Of a DNA stretch of 64,000 nucleotides, positions 29,704 through 38,556 are shown one piece after another; position 1 is the first letter of the stretch, and every line of letters starts with the position of its first letter. A model generated the notes under the pieces. It searched no databases and had not been told where the DNA came from. It saw nothing but the letters and a program-made list of their open reading frames with translations. A program made the position numbers and the translations under genes. The stretch comes from a virus. The stretch lies in IMG/VR virus record IMGVR_UViG_3300017917_001112, positions 64,001 through 128,000 of that record; one strand, written 5' to 3'.

Positions 29704-30633
29704 ATGACCAACGCTGTGAAGACCTCTGTGAAGTTTGATAAAGTTACTGGCAAGTATACTTGCCAGATTGGTGATTCTAAACCCTTCAAAACTTCTAAGA
29801 CCTCTCACATTGAGTGGAAATTCAAACAAATCACTGGCATGACTCTGTCCTATGATGAGATCGTTGCTGGTGCGAAAGAGATCCAAGCAGCCAAGGATGC
29901 TAAGTTTAACATCAATGCTCGCTTCGGCTTCGTTGAGCAGCTGGTGTCCATGGTTGCTGATGGTGTCCAGCCCTCTGCTGTGATCACTGGTCAGGGTGGT
30001 CTCGGTAAGACTTACACTGTGACCAAGACTCTCGAGAAGAAGGGTTACAAAGACATCTCTGATCTCGCTGACTTTCAAGTCGGCAGTCTGCTGAATATGC
30101 GTAAGTGCTTTAAGATGGTCAAAGGTTTCTCGACTGCTAAGGGTCTCTATCGCACTCTGTTCGAAAACAACAAGGGCATCATCGTGTTTGATGACTGCGA
30201 TGCTGTTCTCAAAGACCCTGTTGCGCTGAACATTCTCAAGTCTGCTCTGGACAGCTACGGTAAGCGTATCATCTCCTGGAATGCTGACTTCCGTGATGAA
30301 GATCTTCCTCGCTCGTTCAACTTCGAGGGTCGTATCATCTTCATCTCCAATATGGAAGAAGGTGCAATTGACCAAGCGATTCGTAGCCGTAGCATGATGA
30401 TCGACCTGTCTATGAACTCCGAACAGAAGATCGAGCGTATGGCTACCATCGCTGACTCTGAAGAGTTTATGCCTGAGTATGACAAGACTATCGTTCGCGA
30501 TGCTCTGGCTCTGATTCGCGATCTCAAGGATGAGGCAAAGGAAATCTCCCTTCGCACTCTGATCTCCGTCAGCAAGGTTCGTGCTTCCAATGACAACTGG
30601 AAAGACCTCGCTACCTACATTCTGACTGCTTAA
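29704..30633 (+). CDS. AAA+/P-loop ATPase, early
   Basis: Walker A GQGGLGKT, Walker B VFDDCD, IIFISN, AIRSRS. Confidence 0.85.
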   Translation: MTNAVKTSVKFDKVTGKYTCQIGDSKPFKTSKTSHIEWKFKQITGMTLSYDEIVAGAKEIQAAKDAKFNINARFGFVEQLVSMVADGVQPSAVITGQGGLGKTYTVTKTLEKKGYKDISDLADFQVGSLLNMRKCFKMVKGFSTAKGLYRTLFENNKGIIVFDDCDAVLKDPVALNILKSALDSYGKRIISWNADFRDEDLPRSFNFEGRIIFISNMEEGAIDQAIRSRSMMIDLSMNSEQKIERMATIADSEEFMPEYDKTIVRDALALIRDLKDEAKEISLRTLISVSKVRASNDNWKDLATYILTA

Positions 30634-30645
30634 TGGGGGGGTATC

Positions 30646-30861
30646 ATGATAACCATCAATGGACTGACTAAGGCACAGGTGAGAATGCTCGACAAAATGT
30701 GGGCAATCGATGGATATGAGGAATACATGGAGTGGAAGAGCACTCTTTGTTATGCTCAGAAGCAACAGTGCGAATTGCTCGAACAGATGGTACTGTTGGC
30801 TGATCTTGATGAAATTGATAATGTCGATGATGCAGTAGAGGTTCTTCGGAAATACATTTGA
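30646..30861 (+). CDS. Early hypothetical protein
   Basis: ITINGLTKAQVRMLDKMW; a G8 run serves as SD. Confidence 0.6.
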   Translation: MITINGLTKAQVRMLDKMWAIDGYEEYMEWKSTLCYAQKQQCELLEQMVLLADLDEIDNVDDAVEVLRKYI

Positions 30862-30886
30862 CATATATGCTAATTACTTGTATAAT
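30858..30886 (+). promoter_or_regulatory. sigma70 promoter
   Basis: TTGACA-N17-TATAAT. Confidence 0.8.
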
Positions 30887-30905
30887 ACCAGTGTAGAGGA
30901 TGATT

Positions 30906-31049
30906 ATGAACTTCGATGAAATTAACTATAAACTGGCAATGATTGCTGAAGCAGAGAGAGAAGCAATTGTTGAAGAAGAATATGAAGAAGAACTAATGGC
31001 ATTGGAGCAAGAGAAGCAGTACTGGATGATGAGTTTAGAAGACAGCTGA
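30906..31049 (+). CDS. Small acidic protein (47 aa, not in ORF track)
   Basis: SD GAGGA; MNFDEINYKLAMIAEAEREAIVEEEYEEELM... Confidence 0.55.
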   Translation: MNFDEINYKLAMIAEAEREAIVEEEYEEELMALEQEKQYWMMSLEDS

Positions 31050-31054
31050 GATAA

Positions 31055-31129
31055 GGGGGGGGTCTAAAAAACGACTTTAAAATTCGGGTCCCTATTTTTT
31101 TCGGTCGGGTCCCTATCGGCTTGACCCCC
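31055..31129. repeat. Intergenic element: G8TC...GACCCCC flanking 2 x TCGGGTCCCTAT
   Basis: 12-mer at 31084 and 31105 (21-bp period), with A/T tracts between GC blocks. Confidence 0.7.
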
Positions 31130-31161
31130 ATCATTTTCTTTTCTTTTAACAAGGACAACAT

Positions 31162-31392
31162 ATGAACGACAAACTTACTGAGAAAATACTGCAACAAGTG
31201 GAAGATTCACTAGTGGTATCCAGGGATAAGCGTAAATCACTGACAATGCGTGGACTGGTGTATGAGCGAATTCTTTTCGCATTATCCGAAGAGGAACTGC
31301 AAGAGGACTATTCTCTCACTCCTGAAACCCTTAGACAGTTGAGCGACTTGGATATGTTTGAGTTATACGAAAGCATTTACGTCGATGCCTAG
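31162..31392 (+). CDS. Hypothetical protein
   Basis: SD AAGGA. Confidence 0.6.
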   Translation: MNDKLTEKILQQVEDSLVVSRDKRKSLTMRGLVYERILFALSEEELQEDYSLTPETLRQLSDLDMFELYESIYVDA

Positions 31393-31657
31393 TTTAGAGA
31401 AATACTTTCAAGAGAGGGATAAGAATAAACCTGCACCAAAATGGGTTTATGGCGACAGAGTCTCAGGGAAAATTGGCAAGATTCCAGTCATTGGTATGGT
31501 AGTTCGTGAGGACTATAATGACCCATCTCTTGTACTATGTCATTTAGATCTCCCAGTGAAAGAAAAGAATGGGGATTATAAATGGATTTGGAATGTACCA
31601 AGCAAGGGAATGAAACGACTAAGGAACTACAATGGAGATGAGACTGATCAAGTATAG
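31385..31657 (+). CDS. Hypothetical protein
   Basis: YGDRVSGKIGKIPVIG; start reassigned. Confidence 0.6.
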   Translation: MPSLEKYFQERDKNKPAPKWVYGDRVSGKIGKIPVIGMVVREDYNDPSLVLCHLDLPVKEKNGDYKWIWNVPSKGMKRLRNYNGDETDQV

Positions 31658-31790
31658 GGATGCAGGGATGCACACTTATACTTACTTTTGGGTGAATAAC
31701 AAGCATACTGTAATTTCGCCGTATTTTGATAGCGAATCTGAAGCATTGGAATGGAAGGAAGATTATGAGCGAGGAAAAAAAACTCCGTAG
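31638..31790 (+). CDS. Small hypothetical protein (50 aa, not in ORF track)
   Basis: MRLIKYRDAGMHTYTYFWVNNKHTVISPYFDSESEALEW... Confidence 0.45.
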   Translation: MRLIKYRDAGMHTYTYFWVNNKHTVISPYFDSESEALEWKEDYERGKKTP

Positions 31791-32130
31791 GGAGATTCGT
31801 AATGGATTGGTTGCGGTTCTGTACTCTCCAGGATATGGAGCAGGTTGGAGCACTTGGAACTATGACTATCCTGAACTGATTTATGATCCATCGATTGTGT
31901 ATATGGTTGAGGAGATGAACAAGCTGGATCATGATGACTTGTCTGGTCGCAATTCATGGGTAGATAACATTGTGGAATACTGTAAAAAAACGTATCCCTC
32001 TGCCTACTGTGGTGGTGCGGATGACCTGCGAATTGAGTGGATGCCTGAGGGCACTCTGTTCAAGATCAATGAATATGATGGCTCTGAGTCGATTGAGTAT
32101 AAAGAGAATGATACTTGGAGGGTTGCATAA
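31765..32130 (+). CDS. Hypothetical protein
   Basis: VAVLYSPGYGAGWSTW, FKINEYDGSE. Confidence 0.7.
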   Translation: MSEEKKLRREIRNGLVAVLYSPGYGAGWSTWNYDYPELIYDPSIVYMVEEMNKLDHDDLSGRNSWVDNIVEYCKKTYPSAYCGGADDLRIEWMPEGTLFKINEYDGSESIEYKENDTWRVA

Positions 32131-32699
32131 TGCGTGATGAACTGGACAAACAGCTGTGTGAAAAGTATCCTCGCATCTTTCGTAATCGCCATAAGGACAT
32201 GACTGAATCCTGTATGTTTTGGGGATTTGAGTGTGGCGATGGCTGGTATCAGATTCTGGATTCTCTGTGTGCTAACATCGATCACTATATTAAGTGGAAA
32301 CGTAATCAGCGTGTCTATGACCTGAAACTTGCTCGTGTCAAGAAGAAGGGTTATGATGCTGTTCTGAACTATCTGACTCGTGGTCGCCCTGCTACAATGT
32401 TTGATGAAGACCGTGCTCAGGAAATTATGGAGCAAGAACTTCGCCTGACACCCTATACGCATTGGGTAACTGCTGATCAAGTCAAAGAGAAGTTTGGTGG
32501 TCTCCGTTTCTACTATTCTGGTGGTGACGATCAAGTTTTTGGTATGGTTCGCATGGCAGAATCTTGGGCAGCACATACCTGCGAAACTTGCGGTGAGCGT
32601 GGTTCGCTACGACATGGTGGCTGGATTCGTACTCTGTGCGATAAGCATGAAGCGGAATATCAGGAAAAGCAAAGTAAATATCGTGATGAGGATGAATGA
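32130..32699 (+). CDS. Hypothetical protein with C-terminal Zn ribbon
   Basis: ECGDGW, QVKEKFGGLRFY, CETCG...TLCDKH. Confidence 0.7.
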   Translation: MRDELDKQLCEKYPRIFRNRHKDMTESCMFWGFECGDGWYQILDSLCANIDHYIKWKRNQRVYDLKLARVKKKGYDAVLNYLTRGRPATMFDEDRAQEIMEQELRLTPYTHWVTADQVKEKFGGLRFYYSGGDDQVFGMVRMAESWAAHTCETCGERGSLRHGGWIRTLCDKHEAEYQEKQSKYRDEDE

Positions 32700-33136
32700 T
32701 GGAAATTAATCTTGACTATGAGGGCAGTGACAAAGAGTGGTATTTGAATTACAAAGTTATCTCTGAGTCGGAATCTATCTGTCCTACCATACGACTACTT
32801 GCTATTGACCTACAAAAATCACCCTACCTTTCTGTTGGTGACTGGATTCGTAGTTTGAGTCCGAGATCCTTTGAGGAGATTAATGAGTTGGCTCAGGCTG
32901 AGGATGAAGAGTCTTTTGAGATGGAGCAAATGCTATTGCTTACACTCATGCTCTCTCATGCCGAGGGTACGAATCTGCCCAATGATGATATGGAAGGCAT
33001 GAATCGTCAGCTGGCTGTGCTTCGGCAATTGATTGTAATGTGTAGTCTTGAGAAAAAGGGATTTGTTCGTTGTCATTACGAAAACTTCACTCTTGGTGAA
33101 GACATGGGTGATCGAATAGTTGTTGAGAAAATTTAA
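32696..33136 (+). CDS. Hypothetical protein
   Basis: Coupled ORF. Confidence 0.6.
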   Translation: MMEINLDYEGSDKEWYLNYKVISESESICPTIRLLAIDLQKSPYLSVGDWIRSLSPRSFEEINELAQAEDEESFEMEQMLLLTLMLSHAEGTNLPNDDMEGMNRQLAVLRQLIVMCSLEKKGFVRCHYENFTLGEDMGDRIVVEKI

Positions 33137-34614
33137 TGCATGTTGTCCTGTTGAATGGTAGTCCAGATAAGGGTTTGATCTTCACAAGATATGTTGGTCC
33201 ATATAAGATCGCTCATTGGTTGCGTAAGAATGGATATGACTGTCAGGTTCTAGATTTCGTTACTCAGTTTACTGAGGATCAACTCTACAAGATGATAACT
33301 AAGTTTGTCAATAATGACACGCTGGTTCTTGCTCTGTCCACAACATTCATGTGTCTTGGTAAATTTGAACATAGCGATAGGGTGGTAAGAAGCATTCCTG
33401 AGAATGTGCTCAATGTTCTCAAAAAATTCAAGTCTGAATACCCACATGTAAAAATTGTAACTGGTGGATACAAGAGCGATCGATTGTCTGACTGGGGTGT
33501 TGTTGATGCGACTGTGATGTCCTATACTACAGCTTCTGAGGATATCCTGCTTGAGTATCTCAGATTCTTACAAGGCAAGAGCGAAGAACCAATGTATGTT
33601 CTTTATACCAGAGGTAAGTTTAGACGCATCTATAATGCTGCTAGAGAACCAAAGTATAATATTGAGCATGACGATTTTCGTTTTGTTCCTCAGGATTATA
33701 TCTTGCCAGGAGAAGCATTACCTTTGGATGTGTCTCGTGGATGTATTTTCGCTTGTCGTTTCTGTCAATATCCGCACTTGGGTAAGGGGAAGCTGGATTA
33801 CATTCGTGGTATGAATTATATCGAGGATGAGATGCGTTATAATCATGAGAACTTTGGCACCACTGGCTACATGATTCTTGATGACACATTTAATGACACT
33901 GAACATAAGATGAGTCAGTTTCTGAATATGTCTCAGCGACTTAACTTTAAGATTGACTACACCGCATATCTGCGAGCTGAGTTGATTCATCGTTTTCCTG
34001 ACACTGCACATATGCTCAAAGATTCAGGTTTGTTTGGTGCGTATCATGGTTTAGAAAGTTTACATCCGTATGCCAGCAAACTTGTTGGTAAGGGTTGGTC
34101 AGGCAAACACGCCAAAGAATATATCCCCAAGTTGTATCATGAAGTTTGGAATCGTGAGGTTACGATGCATACAAACTTTATTGTTGGTCTACCAAAAGAA
34201 ACAAAAGAAGATTTGATGGGGACTGTTAAGTGGCATCGCGATAACAAACTTCACACTTTATACTTCAGCGCATTGGGATTGTGGAATCCTGATGACAAGA
34301 CTCATGCTTACTCAATTCAATCAGAGTTTGATAAAAATTATTCCAAGTATGGATTTAATTTTGATGCTGATGGTTGGGTTAATGAAACATGGAAGCAACA
34401 AGAAGCCAATGAGTTTGCTGATCATCTAAACGAAATAACAAAGATAGACAAAAAATGTAGTGTGTGGTCTGCTCCGACTTTGTTGTGGTATGGTTACAGC
34501 AAGAAAAAGTTGACTGAATGGGTTGCTGGTGTCAACATGTATAACTGGATCCTTGACCGAACAGAGAAAAAGTACTTCGAATACCATGTCCGTGTAATGG
34601 AAGACTTGAAGTAG
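33136..34614 (+). CDS. Radical SAM enzyme with B12-binding-like N-terminal domain
   Basis: SRGCIFACRFC (CxxxCxxC), DDTFN, GLES, FIVGLPKET; N-terminal KIVTGG. Confidence 0.85.
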   Translation: MHVVLLNGSPDKGLIFTRYVGPYKIAHWLRKNGYDCQVLDFVTQFTEDQLYKMITKFVNNDTLVLALSTTFMCLGKFEHSDRVVRSIPENVLNVLKKFKSEYPHVKIVTGGYKSDRLSDWGVVDATVMSYTTASEDILLEYLRFLQGKSEEPMYVLYTRGKFRRIYNAAREPKYNIEHDDFRFVPQDYILPGEALPLDVSRGCIFACRFCQYPHLGKGKLDYIRGMNYIEDEMRYNHENFGTTGYMILDDTFNDTEHKMSQFLNMSQRLNFKIDYTAYLRAELIHRFPDTAHMLKDSGLFGAYHGLESLHPYASKLVGKGWSGKHAKEYIPKLYHEVWNREVTMHTNFIVGLPKETKEDLMGTVKWHRDNKLHTLYFSALGLWNPDDKTHAYSIQSEFDKNYSKYGFNFDADGWVNETWKQQEANEFADHLNEITKIDKKCSVWSAPTLLWYGYSKKKLTEWVAGVNMYNWILDRTEKKYFEYHVRVMEDLK

Positions 34615-34642
34615 TACTTTCTTATAAATCAATGACTTAGGA

Positions 34643-34699
34643 TAACCCTACTGCGAGTAGGGTTACTTGCTTGACATTTATTGCGAAATGCTGTATAAT
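34643..34699 (+). promoter_or_regulatory. Palindrome + sigma70 promoter cassette 5
   Basis: TAACCCTAC-tgcga-GTAGGGTTA, TTGACA at 34671, TATAAT at 34694. Confidence 0.9.
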
Positions 34700-34710
34700 T
34701 ATTAAATATT

Positions 34711-36975
34711 ATGACAAATGGTGGAATTATGACGGAAATTACGAACGATATTTCGACTCGCCTACTGGCTCAAGAAAATCTTCTCATTAATCGAGCACCT
34801 GTTCAGACTGCGTCCTTTGACGTAAAGTCTCGAATTCTTACTCTGCCCATGTGGAAAAACATGACGCCAGTAATTGAGGAAATGCTCAAAGCGCATGAAG
34901 TTGGTCATGCTCTCTATACCAACGAAAATCTGTTCACTGAGTTTCAATCAAACAATCCTAAGAATGTTCCATTTGGCTATCTCAATGTTCTCGAAGATGT
35001 GCGTATCGAGAAGTTGATGAAACGCAAATATCCTGGACTTCGCAAAACATTCACAGCTGGTTACTCTGAGTTAAATGAGCGCAATTTCTTTGCGATTAAA
35101 AATCGCAATATCTCCGATCTCTTATTGATCGATCGTATCAATCTTTGGTACAAAGTTGGTTTCAAATCAGGTGTAAAATTCACTGTCTCTGAGAAATATC
35201 TTGTTGACAAAATTGATAAACTTGAATCCGTAAACGATGTGATTGCTTTGGCTACATCAATCTATGATTTCGTCAAACGTGAGAATGATCGCAAACGTGC
35301 CGAGCGTGAGAACGATGTTGAGTACAAGAAACTTAAAGATGAGCAAGAGCAGGATGACCTCGAGGATCTAGAATCTGAGTTTGAAGAAGATCTTCGCAAT
35401 AATTTTGACGATGACGACTGGGCATCCGATGCAGAGTTTGACGATCCAGAAGACAACGAAAAGATTAACGATGAGGAACAACTCACGGTAAGGGGTAATG
35501 GTGGAATCAGCAAAGCGGAAGAGACTGCAGAGGAAAATCTGGAAAGTCAAACTGCCGATGCCTTTGCTCGTGCTCTTGCTGAATCCGCAGACACTTCAAC
35601 TGAATATGTCTATGTGACAATGCCATCATTCAAGAACTCAACAACAATTAAAATTGACTACAAAACTGTGTTGCGTGAGACCAGTGAAATGCTTGATCAC
35701 ATTCGTACATCCGTCAATAGTTATGGTGAGCGTGATCAATATATTGATGAAATATATCGTCGTTATGAAACATTCAAAACCGACACCAGTCGTATCGTAA
35801 ACTATCTCATCAAAGAATTTGAGATGAAGAAAGCAGCCAGTAATTACAAGCGTCAAACTATTTCTAAGACAGGTGTGCTTGATACACGCAAACTTGCTGT
35901 GTATAAAATTCGTGAAGATTTGTTTAAGCAGATCGCAATTACGAAAGATGGTTCTAAACACGGAATGGTATTTACTATTGACTGGTCTGGTTCTATGGCA
36001 GATTATCTTGAGGAGACTGTCAAACAGTTGATCTCTCTTGTCGCATTCTGCTATCGTGCTAAAATTCCATTCGAGGTGTATGCCTTTAGCGACAATGCTA
36101 ATGGTAATGACACCTCTCTATATGAGAAACGCAAAATAGAGGAAAGACTTTTGGTAAAACCGAATACTGTGTTTCTTGGTAATCATTTTCATATGATTGA
36201 GTTGTTTAACAGTAAAGCAACTCTGAGCGAGTTCCAACGCATGTGTCGCAATCTATATGTTATGAGTTGTAGTCATAACTATCGCAGTGACAGACGTGAT
36301 GGTGGTATTCATGACAAATATCAACTAAATGGTACACCTCTTAATGAAGCAATGGCATGGTTGTATGACTACATTGGAGAATTTAAATCACGCCATCAAG
36401 TCGAAAAACTGACAATGATTAAATTGACCGATGGTGATGGTGGTGGCACCTATCGTTATGTGCAAGAAAATCTCGAAACCAGTTACATCAATGGTACAGA
36501 TTATCGTGAGGTGAATGGTAAACATGTTCGTATTAAGCGAGTTGGGTTTATTCGTGATGAATATACAAAGAAAACATATTCATATGAACCTTATGAATTT
36601 ACCAACGCTGTTTGTAAAATGATTCAGGATCGTTATGATGCTGCAGTTGTTGGATATCATGTTGTTGGTCGTGGTCGTCGCGAACTTATGTACACTGTGA
36701 ATCGTTATGGTGTTGCGAGAAACTCTATTGAAGAGCAAGATATGGCTATTAAGATTCGTAAGGGTTTTAATGATCAAATGTTCTACCCAGTAAGTCTATA
36801 TGGACATACTGAACTGTTTCTTTTGCCGAACACAATTAAAGTTGATGATACTGAACTCGAAGAAGATATGTCTAAATTGACCAGCAATCAGATTGCTCGT
36901 AAATTTGGTAAATACTTGGGTGCTAAGAAAACCAGTCGAGTCCTGTTGAATCGTTTTGTGGCTGCGGTAGCCTGA
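34711..36975 (+). CDS. Metallopeptidase-like + vWA domain protein (CobT-like MoxR partner)
   Basis: HEVGHALYT, NVLEDVRIE, MIDAS DWSGSM, GTPLNEA, LTDG; alternative start at 34729. Confidence 0.85.
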   Translation: MTNGGIMTEITNDISTRLLAQENLLINRAPVQTASFDVKSRILTLPMWKNMTPVIEEMLKAHEVGHALYTNENLFTEFQSNNPKNVPFGYLNVLEDVRIEKLMKRKYPGLRKTFTAGYSELNERNFFAIKNRNISDLLLIDRINLWYKVGFKSGVKFTVSEKYLVDKIDKLESVNDVIALATSIYDFVKRENDRKRAERENDVEYKKLKDEQEQDDLEDLESEFEEDLRNNFDDDDWASDAEFDDPEDNEKINDEEQLTVRGNGGISKAEETAEENLESQTADAFARALAESADTSTEYVYVTMPSFKNSTTIKIDYKTVLRETSEMLDHIRTSVNSYGERDQYIDEIYRRYETFKTDTSRIVNYLIKEFEMKKAASNYKRQTISKTGVLDTRKLAVYKIREDLFKQIAITKDGSKHGMVFTIDWSGSMADYLEETVKQLISLVAFCYRAKIPFEVYAFSDNANGNDTSLYEKRKIEERLLVKPNTVFLGNHFHMIELFNSKATLSEFQRMCRNLYVMSCSHNYRSDRRDGGIHDKYQLNGTPLNEAMAWLYDYIGEFKSRHQVEKLTMIKLTDGDGGGTYRYVQENLETSYINGTDYREVNGKHVRIKRVGFIRDEYTKKTYSYEPYEFTNAVCKMIQDRYDAAVVGYHVVGRGRRELMYTVNRYGVARNSIEEQDMAIKIRKGFNDQMFYPVSLYGHTELFLLPNTIKVDDTELEEDMSKLTSNQIARKFGKYLGAKKTSRVLLNRFVAAVA

Positions 36976-37000
36976 AATCCTTGACTGTAGGGGTCCAAAA

Positions 37001-37066
37001 TAACCCTACAGGCTGTAGGGTTATCCCAACAAAGTGCTTGACATTTATTCGGTTTGGATGTATAAT
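37001..37066 (+). promoter_or_regulatory. Palindrome + sigma70 promoter cassette 6
   Basis: TAACCCTAC-aggct-GTAGGGTTA, TTGACA at 37038, TATAAT at 37061. Confidence 0.9.
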
Positions 37067-37096
37067 TATTGTATAAACTTGAAAAGGAACTTAATT

Positions 37097-37291
37097 ATGT
37101 CTACGAAAAAACCACGCAATGTATTGACGACTTACACTGACCCAGTGTTGAATGTTTTGGTCACTGTTTACAAACCACAACGCACTCCGAAGTCCAAAAT
37201 GTCTGGTAAGAATTCACGTGGCTTTGTGGTTGGAACTTCTGGTTTTGCCAATGGTTTTCCACGAAATGTTGCTGTGTTCAGCAGTAAATAA
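37097..37291 (+). CDS. Small basic early protein
   Basis: Cassette SD AAAAGGA, ATG at 37097. Confidence 0.6.
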   Translation: MSTKKPRNVLTTYTDPVLNVLVTVYKPQRTPKSKMSGKNSRGFVVGTSGFANGFPRNVAVFSSK

Positions 37292-37295
37292 TTGC

Positions 37296-37324
37296 TTGAC
37301 ATTTAATTGGTAATTTGGTATAAT
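37296..37324 (+). promoter_or_regulatory. sigma70 promoter
   Basis: TTGACA-N17-TATAAT. Confidence 0.8.
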
Positions 37325-37335
37325 TTAATTTTGTT

Positions 37336-38496
37336 ATGGAGAATGTGATGAATCAAGAAGTGTTTGAATCTAAATTGTTCGAGATGTTCCCCGATGTTAA
37401 ATCGTCAGGTACAGTTTCTCGTCAGCAAATTGTTTCCACCATGGAACAACTTGGCACCAACAAGTATCCCACATGGTTGATGGTAAATAAAGTTGGTCGT
37501 GGTCTTTATGCTATTGCTGGTGGCGCAAGTAATGCTGTTGCTAAACCTGCTGAAACTTTCGAGAATGATGTGCGAAAACTCAATTATGTAACTGAAGCAA
37601 CTGTTGCTGCTCCCCTCGTCGATCCGAACTATGTTGCTTGGGGTAATCACAGCGATGTCGATGCTATTCTAAAATCTAAACTGTTCCATCCGATCTATAT
37701 CACAGGTCCGACTGGTAATGGTAAGTCCACGATGGTCGAGCAGATTTGTGCTAAACATAAAATCCCTCTCATTCGTGTTAACTTGAACGCAACCGATGAC
37801 GAAGATAAACTGATTGCGTCTAAGACCCTTGTCGATGGCAATGTAGTTGTCGAAGATGGTCCAGTCGTTATCGCTATGCGTAAGGGTATTCCTATTCTGA
37901 TTGACGAAATTGATGCTGGTGGCGCAAACCTGCTCATGTGTCTTCAGGGTGTTCTAGAGGGCAAACCCCTATACATCAAAGCAAAGAACGAAATCGTGTA
38001 TCCTCAACAGGGGTTCAATGTTATTGCAACTGCCAACACCAAAGGTAAAGGCAGTGATGATGGTCGATACATTGGTACCAATGTGTTGAATGAAGCATTC
38101 CTAGAGCGTTTTGCTATCGTTTTTGAGCAAGAGTATCCTGGTGCCAAAGTCGAAGCGAAGATTGTTACTAATTTGATGAAGTCACTGAATTGTCTTGATG
38201 GCGAATTTACTTCAGTGTTAATCAAATGGGCAGATGCGATTCGTCGCACGTTCGAGGATGGTGGTGTTGACGAAACAATTACGACTCGTCGTTTGGTTCA
38301 CATCGTGAAGAACTTTGCGATCTATAAGGACAAGCGTAAATCTGTTCAGTTGGCTATCAATCGATTCGACAGCCACACCAAAGATGCATTCTTGGATTTG
38401 TTCGATAAAGTCGCAGCTGATCCGAATGTTGATTTGAACCCAGCACCGATCGAACAGCCTGTTGTGAAACAGCCTGATGAAGAAGTACCATTTTAA
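37336..38496 (+). CDS. MoxR/CobS-like AAA+ ATPase
   Basis: GPTGNGKS, LIDEID, ATANTKGKGSDDGRYIGTNVLNEAFLERF, TRRLVHI; SD-led start may be 37348. Confidence 0.9.
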   Translation: MENVMNQEVFESKLFEMFPDVKSSGTVSRQQIVSTMEQLGTNKYPTWLMVNKVGRGLYAIAGGASNAVAKPAETFENDVRKLNYVTEATVAAPLVDPNYVAWGNHSDVDAILKSKLFHPIYITGPTGNGKSTMVEQICAKHKIPLIRVNLNATDDEDKLIASKTLVDGNVVVEDGPVVIAMRKGIPILIDEIDAGGANLLMCLQGVLEGKPLYIKAKNEIVYPQQGFNVIATANTKGKGSDDGRYIGTNVLNEAFLERFAIVFEQEYPGAKVEAKIVTNLMKSLNCLDGEFTSVLIKWADAIRRTFEDGGVDETITTRRLVHIVKNFAIYKDKRKSVQLAINRFDSHTKDAFLDLFDKVAADPNVDLNPAPIEQPVVKQPDEEVPF

Positions 38497-38497
38497 T

Positions 38498-38526
38498 TTG
38501 ACAAAAAATCAAATACGAAGTATAAT
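38498..38526 (+). promoter_or_regulatory. sigma70 promoter
   Basis: TTGACA-N17-TATAAT. Confidence 0.8.
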
Positions 38527-38556
38527 TTAATTTGAAAATTGATAAGGAGTTTTACT

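Noticed and set aside
29677-30864. 395-aa minus-strand ORF
   Set aside because: Antisense shadow of the AAA ATPase. That gene's avoidance of TTA/CTA/TCA codons removes stops on the other strand, and the ORF has no motif, promoter or RBS.
32004-32576. 190-aa minus-strand ORF and the other short minus-strand or nested ORFs in the track
   Set aside because: They overlap well-supported + strand genes, and all promoters and RBSs I found face +.
24948-37023. Palindromic repeats as a CRISPR array or telomere-like (TAGGGTTA) repeats
   Set aside because: Copies are hundreds to thousands of bp apart with genes between them, there are no cas genes, and they are not tandem.
37336-38496. Cobalamin biosynthesis auxiliary genes (cobS/cobT)
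   Set aside because: This is the widespread phage MoxR/vWA pair. There is no cobN or other cob gene, so a B12-synthesis role is unsupported.
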